From assembly GCA_003152315.1 (NCBI GenBank), contig PLZV01000037.1, forward strand, positions 41,679 to 105,678: a DNA stretch of 64,000 nt. Direction: 5' to 3'. Below the pieces are notes generated by a model. The model saw nothing but the letters and a program-made list of their open reading frames with translations, was not told the DNA's origin and searched no databases. Source of the stretch: Verrucomicrobiota bacterium (GTDB lineage: Bacteria; Verrucomicrobiota; Verrucomicrobiia; Palsa-1439). Positions within the stretch are counted from its first letter, which is position 1. Each line of letters opens with the position of its first letter. Positions 1 to 9,476 of this stretch are shown piece after piece. The position numbers and the translations under genes are program-made.

Positions 1-162
1 TCGCCCTGCGTTTGCTCCGGTTCTTTGGGATTTTGAATGGATCGCATTCCGACGAAACCACCCTTCGCTAGTGACCTCATTGACGTAGCTTTTTTGCCAG
101 GCTAGCATGGGCCTGTAGTCGCTAAATGTTCCCCACTGCCCCTTCGTTAATACCCCATCTCA

Positions 163-2004
163 ATGCCTGGCTATTTCATTTATTGCCGTAAATCATCCGA
201 AGCCGAAGACCGGCAGGTTCTTTCCATTGAATCGCAAATCCGCGAACTGGAGCAGATCGCCGCCAAGCTCAATTTACCCGTGGCTGAAATTCTGACCGAG
301 TCGAAATCGGCCAAAGACCCGGGCCGCTCGGTGTTCAATCAAATGATGCAACGCCTCTATCGAGGTGAAGCCGTCGGCATCATTTGCTGGAAACTTGACC
401 GTTTGGCGCGCAACCCGGTGGATGGCGGTTCCATCATCTGGGCCATCAAACAGCATGGCATCAAAGTTCTGACCCCAGCCCAAAGTTATGCCCGCGAGGA
501 TGACAACATCATCCTCATGTATATCGAATTCGGCATGGCTCAAAAATACGTTGATGATTTGAGCAAAAACGTGAAGCGCGGACTCAAAACCAAGATTGAA
601 AATGGCTGGTATCCGGGCGTCGCTCCGGCGGGCTACTTGAACCATACGGACAAACTGACGGGTGCAAACAACCTGATCATAGACCCCGAACGCTTTCCGT
701 TGATCCGCCGGATGTGGGACTTGATGTTGACCGGCCTCTACACCCCGCCAAAAATCCTTGAGATCGCCAATCAGCAATGGGGATTCCGCACCCGGTTAAC
801 GCGAAAAATGGGCGGCAAGTCCCTTTGCCGAAGTGCCATCTACCAGTTTTTTACCAAACCCTTCTATTACGGCAGGTTTGAATATCCAGCCGGGAGCGGC
901 CAGTGGTATCAAGGGAAGCACGAACCGATGATTACCGAAGCAGAATATGACCGTGTCCAGACACTGCTTGGGCGCAATGGCAATCCACGTCCACAATCGC
1001 AGCTTGAATTTGCCTTCACCGGCCTCATCCGTTGCGGTGACTGCAACCAGATGGTGACCGCCGAGGAGAAGCACCAGATCATGTGCGGCCATTGCCGGTT
1101 CAAGTTTGCGTATCGCCAGCGCAAGGAATGCCCGCGCTGCCAGATACCGATTGAGCAAATGACGAATCCGCTGTTTCTCCACTACACCTATTACCATTGT
1201 TCCAAAAGCAAACAGCCGGCGTGTCCGCAGAAATGTGTGAGCGTGGTTGAACTGGAAAGGCAGATCGCTGCATACCTTGCCCGTGTCCAGATTTCCGAGA
1301 AATTTAAAGATTATTGCATCAAATTCCTGCATGAGTTGCACGCGAAGGAAAGCACGACACAAAAAACCATCCTTGAAACCCAGCAGAAGGCATATCAGGA
1401 CTGCGCGCAGGAAATTGACAATCTGGTAAGCCTCAAAACATCATCCGGCAACGCTGACGGAAGCCAGCTATCAAACGAGGAGTACGGGCGACGGCGGGCA
1501 ACATTGTTGAAAGAAAAGGCAGCATTGGAGGAGTTGCTTCGGGACGCTGGGCAGCGGATTGAACAACAGTTGAGGCTGTCCGAAAAGACCTTTGATTTCG
1601 CCTGCACCGCCCAGGAGCGGTTTGCCAAAGGCAATGCCAGGACCAAAAAGAAGATGCTGGTGACATTGGGATCGAACCTAACTTTGAAGGACAAAAAGCT
1701 CTTTATTGAAGCCAGGGAACCGTTCTTCATCCTGGAAAAGTCCATGTCTGATGAAAAACCCGGAAACGAGCCTATCGAACCTGAAAATACTGGCCTGTCA
1801 CAAGGACAAAAGAGTGCATACCTCTCCGTGTATCCAAACGTGCTGGGAGGACTGGACGATGTTCGAACATTACGACACAGAAACGAGCATTTGGTTAAGT
1901 CAGTATACCACTTCTTCCAAAGCGTTTGTATGTCTCCTTCGTTCACTTTGTCCGATTGGTTTTATTTATATCACTCCGGCAGCATGGACGATTGGAAGAA
2001 TTGA
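163..2004 (+). CDS. Large serine recombinase (resolvase + recombinase + zinc ribbon + coiled coil)
   Basis: N-terminal YCRKSS catalytic motif, 'KLDRLARN', 'GYLN', 'GKHEPMIT', 'FTGLIRCGDC', 'YYHC'. Confidence 0.95.
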   Translation: MPGYFIYCRKSSEAEDRQVLSIESQIRELEQIAAKLNLPVAEILTESKSAKDPGRSVFNQMMQRLYRGEAVGIICWKLDRLARNPVDGGSIIWAIKQHGIKVLTPAQSYAREDDNIILMYIEFGMAQKYVDDLSKNVKRGLKTKIENGWYPGVAPAGYLNHTDKLTGANNLIIDPERFPLIRRMWDLMLTGLYTPPKILEIANQQWGFRTRLTRKMGGKSLCRSAIYQFFTKPFYYGRFEYPAGSGQWYQGKHEPMITEAEYDRVQTLLGRNGNPRPQSQLEFAFTGLIRCGDCNQMVTAEEKHQIMCGHCRFKFAYRQRKECPRCQIPIEQMTNPLFLHYTYYHCSKSKQPACPQKCVSVVELERQIAAYLARVQISEKFKDYCIKFLHELHAKESTTQKTILETQQKAYQDCAQEIDNLVSLKTSSGNADGSQLSNEEYGRRRATLLKEKAALEELLRDAGQRIEQQLRLSEKTFDFACTAQERFAKGNARTKKKMLVTLGSNLTLKDKKLFIEAREPFFILEKSMSDEKPGNEPIEPENTGLSQGQKSAYLSVYPNVLGGLDDVRTLRHRNEHLVKSVYHFFQSVCMSPSFTLSDWFYLYHSGSMDDWKN

Positions 2005-2078
2005 CAAAAGACGTATAAATTTGCCGGAGGCGGCAAGATAGGCCACCGGGCACGTCCAACGGCAACCACCAACCCCAT

Positions 2079-4625
2079 CTACGGGAGCAGGACACGGTAG
2101 AACCGAGCATTATAGTTTGTCCACTCAGGATCACCAAATAGGACTGTACCATTTGTATTCACGAGCAACGCGGTTGGTATCCAGTCTACTAGGTTCGTGG
2201 AGGTTTCCACGAGATAGTTATAATTGGATGCACCGGCAAACTGCAGAATTGGCGTGTTATTGGTGAGAGATATACCGAGAGTGGGCTGTGTGCTGATGCC
2301 GACAAAGCCAGTCGTCACGTTCGTCACCGTTATGCTCGACGAAGTGATATTGAACGCATCAAGGCGGAAACTGAGTGTATAAAGTCCGTTTGTGACTGTG
2401 CCGGGCAGGGCGAACCGATAGGTCTGTGAACCTGGTGTTTCCACTCTTTCATCCACGATGCCGATTTGATTGGTGTTCCAGTAAACCGTCAGCAATCCCT
2501 GCGCGGTGTTTGTGTCCGTGAAGCCAGCATCAAACTGTACGAAATTTACCGTGGTTGTAATCGTCAGACCGACAGCCAGCCAAGCTGGAGCGTTACTGGG
2601 GCCAGAACTACTGCTATCCAGTGAATGAATTGTGCTTGACTGACTCTGCGGCGAAAACCCCGAAGCAACACTGCTCAAACCTGCGCCACCATTGCCTAAG
2701 AATATTACCCCCGAGGAACTTGTGCCGTTCGGAACCAAAGAGAAATTGATGGTGGAATCAGATCGAACCGGTTGCAGGTTCTGAGACACGCACAACATCC
2801 CACAAAGTGGCAGGGGTGAGTTGTTCCGCGTCTTGGCAGCCCAGTTTCCAGCGCCATTGTCCTCAATGCTCAAAGGAAACCCATAACCTGCTGCGCAACT
2901 CTTTGCAGTGCCATTGACCGTGCTCAGATAGAAATCAATTGGCGAGCCGTGCGAAGAAGAAGGACTGGCGTTGACGTTAATAACTGGAGGGGTCGAATAT
3001 GCGATACCACTGTAATAAACCGGCAATTGCGTGGGAGCTGGGATCGTCCCACCAACATCCACATTGTAAGCCCACTGTAGCTGACCGGATGTAGAGTCAG
3101 CGAATTGTACAGGTCCGTCTATGATGCCGTACAGGACCCCTGCGAGATCCGTTGCATAATCAAATACAAAGTAATTCTCAGCCCAGTCCGCATGCCGGCC
3201 GTATTCGCTTCGGCCTTCCAGAAACTTTCCAGTGTAGGGATCAAGAAATGTCTCTTGAATGACAGGCGGATTTTGTAACTGCTTCAGTTTTTCGGCAATT
3301 GCTTCTATCACAGCCGCGCCGGCACTATGAGCAATCAGATGCACTTGTTTCCACTGGGGCTGCTGGTTCAACTGCAGCCCGTATTGGCTCCCGATATTGC
3401 CCCCTTGAATACGGGCTTGTTCAGGGTCTGGATTGGATGATTCAGATGTCCAGTCTAGCGTCCTGATCTCCCAGTTCGGAGGAACTTCGCTGCTGATCGT
3501 GTTTGCCATCTTGGTGATCCAAGAGATGTCAGAGTCAAAAAAAGACCAGCCATGCGTCACGAGAACCAAACTATCCTTACTAGGCTGTGGAGCGGGGCAA
3601 ATTGGCGCAATAATCTGAGCGGGCTGGTTACCATTCGCTCCGTCAGTCAGAACAGCTAGATACGCGATGGTGCTCGTGACGGAACCTACGGGATTCCAGA
3701 CAGTCAGGGAATAGCCGCCTGAATTAGCTGCTGTCACAGAACTCAAAGTCAACGTGGTATTTGTCGCGACGGGAATGCTCTGCCCATTGAACTGCCACTG
3801 GTAGTTGAGTGGTAGAGCGCTCACAGCGGTTACCGTGAGCGCGACACTTGTTCCAGCTTGAACGGCCTGCCCTTGTGGCTGAACGGTAATCATCGGGGCG
3901 CTTGCGCCCAGTGTATAAAGTTGTCCAATCTCCGTCGCCGACAACGCGCGATTATAGATGCGAACGTCGTCGATCTTGCCGTTAAACCACTCCCACTGCC
4001 CAGACCCGCCGTTTGGATGAGCATGTCCAATGTACAGATCCAAGGTGTTAACCGGAATGCTCCCCACGTTGCCAGTCCCGTTAACAATTCCGTCCAGATA
4101 GACCCATCCATTTGAACCTGACACGACTGCAGCGACATGATGCCACGCTAGGAGGCTGTAGGCTGTTGCCCCAAGGACATTGGGATTGTTTGTGCCCGCT
4201 CCTTGAAGACGCAATGTATGACCGCCAATGCCACTGCCCCACGTGTCAAGGGCAAATCCTCCAGGAGTGCCTGCCAACGCTTTATCTATGATCCTGTATC
4301 CACTTTGCTGTGCCGCGCTTTGGTATATCCAAGCAGATAATGTAAAATTGGAGCTAAGGTGGAGTGAAGTGCTATCGCGAACGTCAATGTATGCGGTTGT
4401 ACCATTGAAGCTGTATGCAGAATTCGTATTCCCAAATCTATCAGACGTTAGTGTTGCATTAAAGACGGTACCGTTATTGCCACTCCCACTCGCGTCGTTC
4501 ACGTTACCACTAAACGGATAGTAAGCGACCAGGCCGGTACTCAAGTCAGCATTTGTCGTTGACACTATGCTCAGGAAGATCAAAAGAGGAACACTCGCAA
4601 AATAACACGCCGTTCTACATTTCAT
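2079..4625 (-). CDS. Secreted LamG + Ig-like + alpha/beta-hydrolase protein with Verrucomicrobia-type C-terminal domain
   Basis: Signal peptide; 'GLVAYYPFSGN...FNGKIDDVRIYNRALS' LamG; 'PMITVQPQ...YQWQFNG' Ig; 'THGW...AHSAG' hydrolase motifs; 'VETSTNLVDW...FYRV' C-terminus. Confidence 0.85.
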   Translation of the reverse strand: MKCRTACYFASVPLLIFLSIVSTTNADLSTGLVAYYPFSGNVNDASGSGNNGTVFNATLTSDRFGNTNSAYSFNGTTAYIDVRDSTSLHLSSNFTLSAWIYQSAAQQSGYRIIDKALAGTPGGFALDTWGSGIGGHTLRLQGAGTNNPNVLGATAYSLLAWHHVAAVVSGSNGWVYLDGIVNGTGNVGSIPVNTLDLYIGHAHPNGGSGQWEWFNGKIDDVRIYNRALSATEIGQLYTLGASAPMITVQPQGQAVQAGTSVALTVTAVSALPLNYQWQFNGQSIPVATNTTLTLSSVTAANSGGYSLTVWNPVGSVTSTIAYLAVLTDGANGNQPAQIIAPICPAPQPSKDSLVLVTHGWSFFDSDISWITKMANTISSEVPPNWEIRTLDWTSESSNPDPEQARIQGGNIGSQYGLQLNQQPQWKQVHLIAHSAGAAVIEAIAEKLKQLQNPPVIQETFLDPYTGKFLEGRSEYGRHADWAENYFVFDYATDLAGVLYGIIDGPVQFADSTSGQLQWAYNVDVGGTIPAPTQLPVYYSGIAYSTPPVINVNASPSSSHGSPIDFYLSTVNGTAKSCAAGYGFPLSIEDNGAGNWAAKTRNNSPLPLCGMLCVSQNLQPVRSDSTINFSLVPNGTSSSGVIFLGNGGAGLSSVASGFSPQSQSSTIHSLDSSSSGPSNAPAWLAVGLTITTTVNFVQFDAGFTDTNTAQGLLTVYWNTNQIGIVDERVETPGSQTYRFALPGTVTNGLYTLSFRLDAFNITSSSITVTNVTTGFVGISTQPTLGISLTNNTPILQFAGASNYNYLVETSTNLVDWIPTALLVNTNGTVLFGDPEWTNYNARFYRVLLP

Positions 4626-4836
4626 AGTCCCCTCGCAATTGTTACTCCAACTATTCCTGGCCTCGCACAGACTTGGCGCTCTGGACCCCGAGAAGGAAGG
4701 CTCCTGAGTTTTTCAGCCTGACTGGTCGCGAGTATGCCCCGTCCGACATTGAATTCAAGTCAATTTTCCGACTGACGGCACGGAATCTCCCTTGCGCCGG
4801 CTGACTTTCCGACAGTTGTAACCTAGGGAAGGACGG

Positions 4837-4857
4837 CCTACATACATGGTATGTAGG
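4837..4857. repeat. Perfect 9-bp inverted repeat (cctacatac-atg-gtatgtagg)
   Basis: Read directly from the sequence. Confidence 0.8.
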
Positions 4858-4911
4858 GGCCAAGGCCCGTCACTACCAGACTGCCACGGCTTAACCGCCG
4901 CACCACGGGCT

Positions 4912-5197
4912 CCCCAACGTGTCGTCGGCTACCGCCCGACTTTTCTTGACGCTTTTCCCCTTCGGGCTAACCGGATAATGGACGCCTAGCCGTTGTCCCT
5001 TATCTAAAATCATCAAGAAAAGTCGGGCGGACCGGATTATCATCCTAGCCGACGACACGTTGGGGGACTGGTTTTAAGATAAGGTGCTACCGCACCGACA
5101 ACCACCCCGCTACCGCGACCGGTTCGCCCCGAAGGGCGGAGAAAAGCGTGCCGCGAACGCGGCATTTAGGACACTGCCGCACCGACAGGTGCGTCCT
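4912..5197. other. Highly structured non-coding element with interleaved inverted repeats (candidate ncRNA or single-strand/transfer origin)
   Basis: Perfect 20-bp IR 4912-4931/5046-5065; perfect 18-bp IR 4932-4949/5013-5030; imperfect IRs 4949-4974/5119-5149 and 4998-5009/5072-5084; small hairpins 5149-5164 and 5168-5197. Confidence 0.7.
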
Positions 5198-5403
5198 CGT
5201 TTCCGCCGCAACTGGCAAGTTTAGGCGTCTTCTTTTCCACCCTGCTAGTCTCGTATCCTGTCAGCACGGGATCATTCGGATCTCAAAACCAGCCACCATT
5301 ACCTCGTCGGCTGCCCCAAAACCATCTGCCGATGCGACCACAACGGAAGTCCAATACACGCCGGATTTTCACTGCGGCAGGAGTGGTGACTGGTTTTGGC
5401 ACC

Positions 5404-6699
5404 ATGAATGACCACACTATCACAATCGGTGAACGCGAGGGCTGGGGTAAACCCCAGCTTTTCGGCATATCTGCCATTGACCAGCGCCAGCACATCTACG
5501 TCATCGGAAAAACTGGTTCTGGTAAGACGACATTGCTGCGCAATTTGATTTTGCAACATATCGCCCTTGGACATGGAGTCGGTTTGATTGATCCCCACGG
5601 GGATTTGGCCGAAGAACTATTGAACCATATTCCTCCGCATCGTGCCGATCATCTAGTATATTTCAATCCGGGCGACATCGAGTTTCCCATAGGGCTTAAT
5701 TTGCTCGCCAATGTCGCCCCCGACGACCGCCATCTCGTGGCCTCGGGCATTGTGAGCGCGTTCAAGGGCATTTGGCGCGACTCATGGGGTCCGCGTCTGG
5801 AATACATCCTGTACAATGCCGTATCGGCACTTCTTGATTGCCGGAATGCCACCCTTTTGGGCGTCAACCGTATGCTTACGGATGACACATTCCGGGCCAA
5901 GGTGATTCGGCAGAGCAAAGACCCATTCATCCGAGCGTTTTGGGCAGAGGAATATGCCGGATACGACGAGCGTTTCAAACGGGAGGCCATTGCACCGATT
6001 CAGAACAAGCTCGGCCAATTCCTCTTGAATCCAGTGGTCCGCAACATTCTCGGCCAGGTCAAAGCGAAGGTGAACATTCCGTTCGTGATGGACAACCAGC
6101 GTCTTTTCATCGCCAATTTGTCCAAAGGCAGGCTTGGACACGACAAAGCAAACTTGCTCGGCTCCCTGCTTACGACTCAATTTCAACTTGGTGCCATGGC
6201 ACGAGCAAACCATCCCGAAGAAGAACGGCGTGACTTTTACCTTTTCATTGACGAGTTCCAGAACTTTTCCACCGATGCGTTTGCTTCGATTCTTGCGGAA
6301 GCGCGCAAGTATCGTCTTTGTTTGACCCTTTCGCATCAATACATAGACCAGCTCCCACTGCCGATTCGTCAGGCGGTCTTTGGCAACGTAGGGACGCTCA
6401 TTGCCTTTCGCATCGGCAGCACCGATGCCGAGGTGATGGAAAAGGAGTTTGGTAATACGATCCCCGCAAGCGTCCTTGCCGACCTTGACCGCTATGAGGC
6501 AGTGGTGAAATTGCTCGTGGAGGGAAGCAACCTCGAATCGTTCCGGGCTAAGATGCTTCCGCCATTAGAAAATCGCATCGGACGGAAGGGCAAACTCATT
6601 GCACGATCACGCGAGCGATTCTCCACTCCGCGTACCAAGATTGATGAAAAGCTGAGTCGGTGGATGGGTGGACTGATTGTACCGAAAATCGACGGGTAA
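5404..6699 (+). CDS. Type IV coupling protein-like / HerA-FtsK-family ATPase (TrwB/DUF87-like)
   Basis: Walker A GKTGSGKT, 'IDPHGD', Walker B 'FYLFIDEFQNF', 'EARKY...HQY'; ATG at 5404 preferred to 5332. Confidence 0.88.
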   Translation: MNDHTITIGEREGWGKPQLFGISAIDQRQHIYVIGKTGSGKTTLLRNLILQHIALGHGVGLIDPHGDLAEELLNHIPPHRADHLVYFNPGDIEFPIGLNLLANVAPDDRHLVASGIVSAFKGIWRDSWGPRLEYILYNAVSALLDCRNATLLGVNRMLTDDTFRAKVIRQSKDPFIRAFWAEEYAGYDERFKREAIAPIQNKLGQFLLNPVVRNILGQVKAKVNIPFVMDNQRLFIANLSKGRLGHDKANLLGSLLTTQFQLGAMARANHPEEERRDFYLFIDEFQNFSTDAFASILAEARKYRLCLTLSHQYIDQLPLPIRQAVFGNVGTLIAFRIGSTDAEVMEKEFGNTIPASVLADLDRYEAVVKLLVEGSNLESFRAKMLPPLENRIGRKGKLIARSRERFSTPRTKIDEKLSRWMGGLIVPKIDG

Positions 6700-6720
6700 G
6701 GGTTGGCACGCCGCAGTCAT

Positions 6721-7227
6721 TCATACAGCAGCGCGCTGTGTGGTTTCGTCAAGGCGGCTGTATTCCGAGCCATTGTGCGCACTGACCCAGAGTTCAAGTC
6801 TTTCCATCTGATTTCCAACAATCGTCATGATAAAACAATCTAGTTCGTGCTGAGATTTACGAAAGGCATCTGCCATAGAATTCAAGTCCAACCGAGACGG
6901 TGTCGGTTTCGGTTCCGGATGAGTGTGCCATTCACCGATAAAATGCAACCCCTTATCAAAATATTGTCTAATGAGCCGTCGCTGCAAAATCCGATTCGGA
7001 ATGAACAATGTCCTCCACCGTTTATCGGCCACGTTCGGAGGAGAAGCTTCGACTACCAGAATCAACGGAAAGTCAAATTCTGCAAAGAGAAGCCCGCCAG
7101 CTTCTGGTTCGTCTTCTTTTTGGCGATATGTTGAAAAGATTTCTAATGCTTTCCTAGTCACAATAAGCTCTTGTTTGGAATGTGGAAAAGCAAAGCGGCG
7201 TGAATTTAAGAATTTTTCTGAGCGCAT
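6721..7227 (-). CDS. JAB/MPN+ (Mov34/PAD-1) metallo-isopeptidase, Cap3-like
   Basis: 'EAGGLL' and 'GEWHTHPEPKPTPSRLD' (HxH-x7-S-x2-D); overlaps E1 stop; alternative start 7266. Confidence 0.9.
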   Translation of the reverse strand: MRSEKFLNSRRFAFPHSKQELIVTRKALEIFSTYRQKEDEPEAGGLLFAEFDFPLILVVEASPPNVADKRWRTLFIPNRILQRRLIRQYFDKGLHFIGEWHTHPEPKPTPSRLDLNSMADAFRKSQHELDCFIMTIVGNQMERLELWVSAHNGSEYSRLDETTQRAAV

Positions 7228-8993
7228 ACGCCGCAAGTATTTGATTTGGTCCAATTTTTTCGGCATATTCTTGAATAGCCAGTACGGCTAACCTCCGGCT
7301 TCCACATTTCTGTGAGATTGGCTTCCACCGATTTAAAATGCTCAGCGCTACTGATCCAAGTATTTAGAAAAGAATCTGGAGAAGGGCTAAGGAGTGATTC
7401 AACGACAATAGACGCAATCATCGAGGCAACCGGCATTAATGCAGTCGGACCATAATGCTGATAGTGGGTGCATCCACCAGGTTCTTTCGAAAAGGGTGTT
7501 TTTCCAAAATCAGCTACTGCCTGACTGAACCGTCCGAATTCATTTGCAGCGCATTCAAAACATCCACCGTTCGGTCCGACAACCAAGCAATGTCCTGCTA
7601 CAGCATGCGGTTCGAGCCAACCCAAAACCAACGGGGACATTTGTATTTTACGTGACAATTCGTTCAACGGGCGCTCACATCGCCACTCACCAGTGGTTGA
7701 GACTACCAAATGGTATTCCGCGAAAAGATTTGGATTAGACCTGAATATATCTCTCCAATCTTTGGGAATGCCTTTAATACTCAGATGAGGCATCTCACGC
7801 GTTAATTCTTCGGCGAGGGCTTCGGCCTTCGAACGTCCTACAGACGACGCTCCCAAGATATGCCGACCAAGATTCTCCCAACCAAGATTGTCATTATCTG
7901 TCAATGTGAGATGGCCGATACCCGCACGACTTAAAAGATGAGCAACATATCCACCCAATGAACCGCATCCGATTAACAAAACAGATTTTTTGGAAAGGTC
8001 TCTGCCATCGCCCCCTCTCGAATGAATCCACTGGTGATCGACCCGACAGACAACGCGTCTTATTACGGCATTGGAGGCAAGCATTCCTACAGCACGTTTG
8101 CGCAATAGATCCGCCGGAATCTTTTCTAAGCGGAAGCCGCGAGTGATCTCAGGTGACTGTCGTAAGTGCCCAAGCACAGGAAAAATAACGCCTCCCAACG
8201 TCACCCCTTCACTTTCCTTTTGAATAAGCAGGACGAGACCTTCCTCAGAACCATTTGCGACGTGTTCTTTTATCAGGTCAGCAACTGAAGAGTCGTTAGT
8301 CCCTGCAAGGGTCAATAAGTCTCTCAGCGCGTTCGGGTAGTCGCCGGGAAGTAGTGGGGGATTCAAACTAATCGCCAAACCAAGCCTGCTCGCTTTTAGT
8401 TCAGAGGGTTTCCCTGTGTGATTTAAAATCCAGCTGTTTATTCGTTCCATCGATGAAGCGACACAAATATATTCTTTGCAGAAGACAACGACAAAACGTT
8501 TGCCAAGTTGTTCCGGTGGATCAATTAGGACAATAGATTGGTCCTGGAGTGTTGCCGAGCGATTCCAATAAGAAGTAAATTCATCACGAAAATCAAGCGG
8601 GTCTGTTCCTTTCAGAATCTTTTCGGCATCATCAAATACGTAACGAACAATGGCTGCCGGGTCCTTGCTGTTAATTGCCGCCGAATTCGGGATAGTACAG
8701 ATAAAACCACGTGCATCTATATGCGGATTTTTAAATACGAGATCTCTCGCATCGGCAATGCAGGCGATAGGGGCTTCATCGGGAAAATCCCGAGGAAGCC
8801 CCACATTTACGATCCATTCCTTATCCAAAATGCGGAACGATTTTCGCCACACAGTAGGACATTCAGCCAGGAGCTGCGGAGCATCCTTTGCTGATACCAG
8901 CTCAAATGCTGAATCCGTGGCCAAATCGGCTTGGACCGCTTCAAGGGCGTGATGAAGGCGCTCTCGCAAAAAGTTTTGCGATTCATCACCCAT
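7206..8993 (-). CDS. E2-E1 (ThiF) fusion conjugating enzyme, Cap2-like
   Basis: E2 motif 'NPHIDARGFIC'; ThiF 'IGCGSLG...DNDNLGWENLGRH'; CFEC and CGVC zinc pairs; 'GGC' candidate catalytic Cys; ATG 8993 with GGAGG RBS overlaps the upstream stop. Confidence 0.92.
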   Translation of the reverse strand: MGDESQNFLRERLHHALEAVQADLATDSAFELVSAKDAPQLLAECPTVWRKSFRILDKEWIVNVGLPRDFPDEAPIACIADARDLVFKNPHIDARGFICTIPNSAAINSKDPAAIVRYVFDDAEKILKGTDPLDFRDEFTSYWNRSATLQDQSIVLIDPPEQLGKRFVVVFCKEYICVASSMERINSWILNHTGKPSELKASRLGLAISLNPPLLPGDYPNALRDLLTLAGTNDSSVADLIKEHVANGSEEGLVLLIQKESEGVTLGGVIFPVLGHLRQSPEITRGFRLEKIPADLLRKRAVGMLASNAVIRRVVCRVDHQWIHSRGGDGRDLSKKSVLLIGCGSLGGYVAHLLSRAGIGHLTLTDNDNLGWENLGRHILGASSVGRSKAEALAEELTREMPHLSIKGIPKDWRDIFRSNPNLFAEYHLVVSTTGEWRCERPLNELSRKIQMSPLVLGWLEPHAVAGHCLVVGPNGGCFECAANEFGRFSQAVADFGKTPFSKEPGGCTHYQHYGPTALMPVASMIASIVVESLLSPSPDSFLNTWISSAEHFKSVEANLTEMWKPEVSRTGYSRICRKNWTKSNTCGVCAQKNS

Positions 8994-9354
8994 GCCGACC
9001 GCCTCCACGAAGATCTACCGGACTTGTAGGCGTCTGACGTGCTATGCCCGCGTCGCGGTCAGCAATTTTGCAATCAACACACTCTGGCTGTTCCAAAAGG
9101 TTGTCGTTCGGCTTCCCATCTGCGTGAGATCGAAGAAACGGAGGTTTGCCATTTTCTCGCACCACCAATACTTCGCACTCCTTGCCCGTCGTTTTGTCGA
9201 TTGTATAAAAACCCGCTTTCTGGTTTTCGATGAGAAAAATGGCGTCTTCGCGTGTAAATCGCCATTTTTCCTGGAGATTGCCGACATGCGTGATATGCTC
9301 ATGAGGACTGTGATGATGAGGCTTATTAATACAAGTTATTTGATATTTTTTCAT
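8986..9354 (-). CDS. DUF3892-like small protein with C-terminal extension ending GGGRHG (candidate conjugated modifier)
   Basis: 'YQITCINK...HEHITHVG...TREDAI..IE...FY...V.VV...FLRSHADG...DNLLEQPEC' matches the DUF3892 pattern as I recall it; AGGA RBS before ATG 9354; 122 aa. Confidence 0.8.
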   Translation of the reverse strand: MKKYQITCINKPHHHSPHEHITHVGNLQEKWRFTREDAIFLIENQKAGFYTIDKTTGKECEVLVVRENGKPPFLRSHADGKPNDNLLEQPECVDCKIADRDAGIARQTPTSPVDLRGGGRHG

Positions 9355-9430
9355 GACGTTCGGCTTCCTATAGTTTTTGTTCGGTTGAACTACTTGCGAG
9401 CCTTGACACCTCTCGCGGTTTATTCGCGAT

Positions 9431-9476
9431 ACAGTAAGACTTCGCAAAACAGTATGTCAAGCCATCTTTTTGCGAA
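9431..9476 (-). promoter_or_regulatory. Sigma70-like promoter for the DUF3892-E2/E1-JAB operon overlapped by an inverted-repeat operator
   Basis: Minus-strand TTGACA (9460-9455), N18, TACTGT (9436-9431); IR ttcgcaaaa (9441-9449) / ttttgcgaa (9468-9476) brackets the -35 box. Confidence 0.6.
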
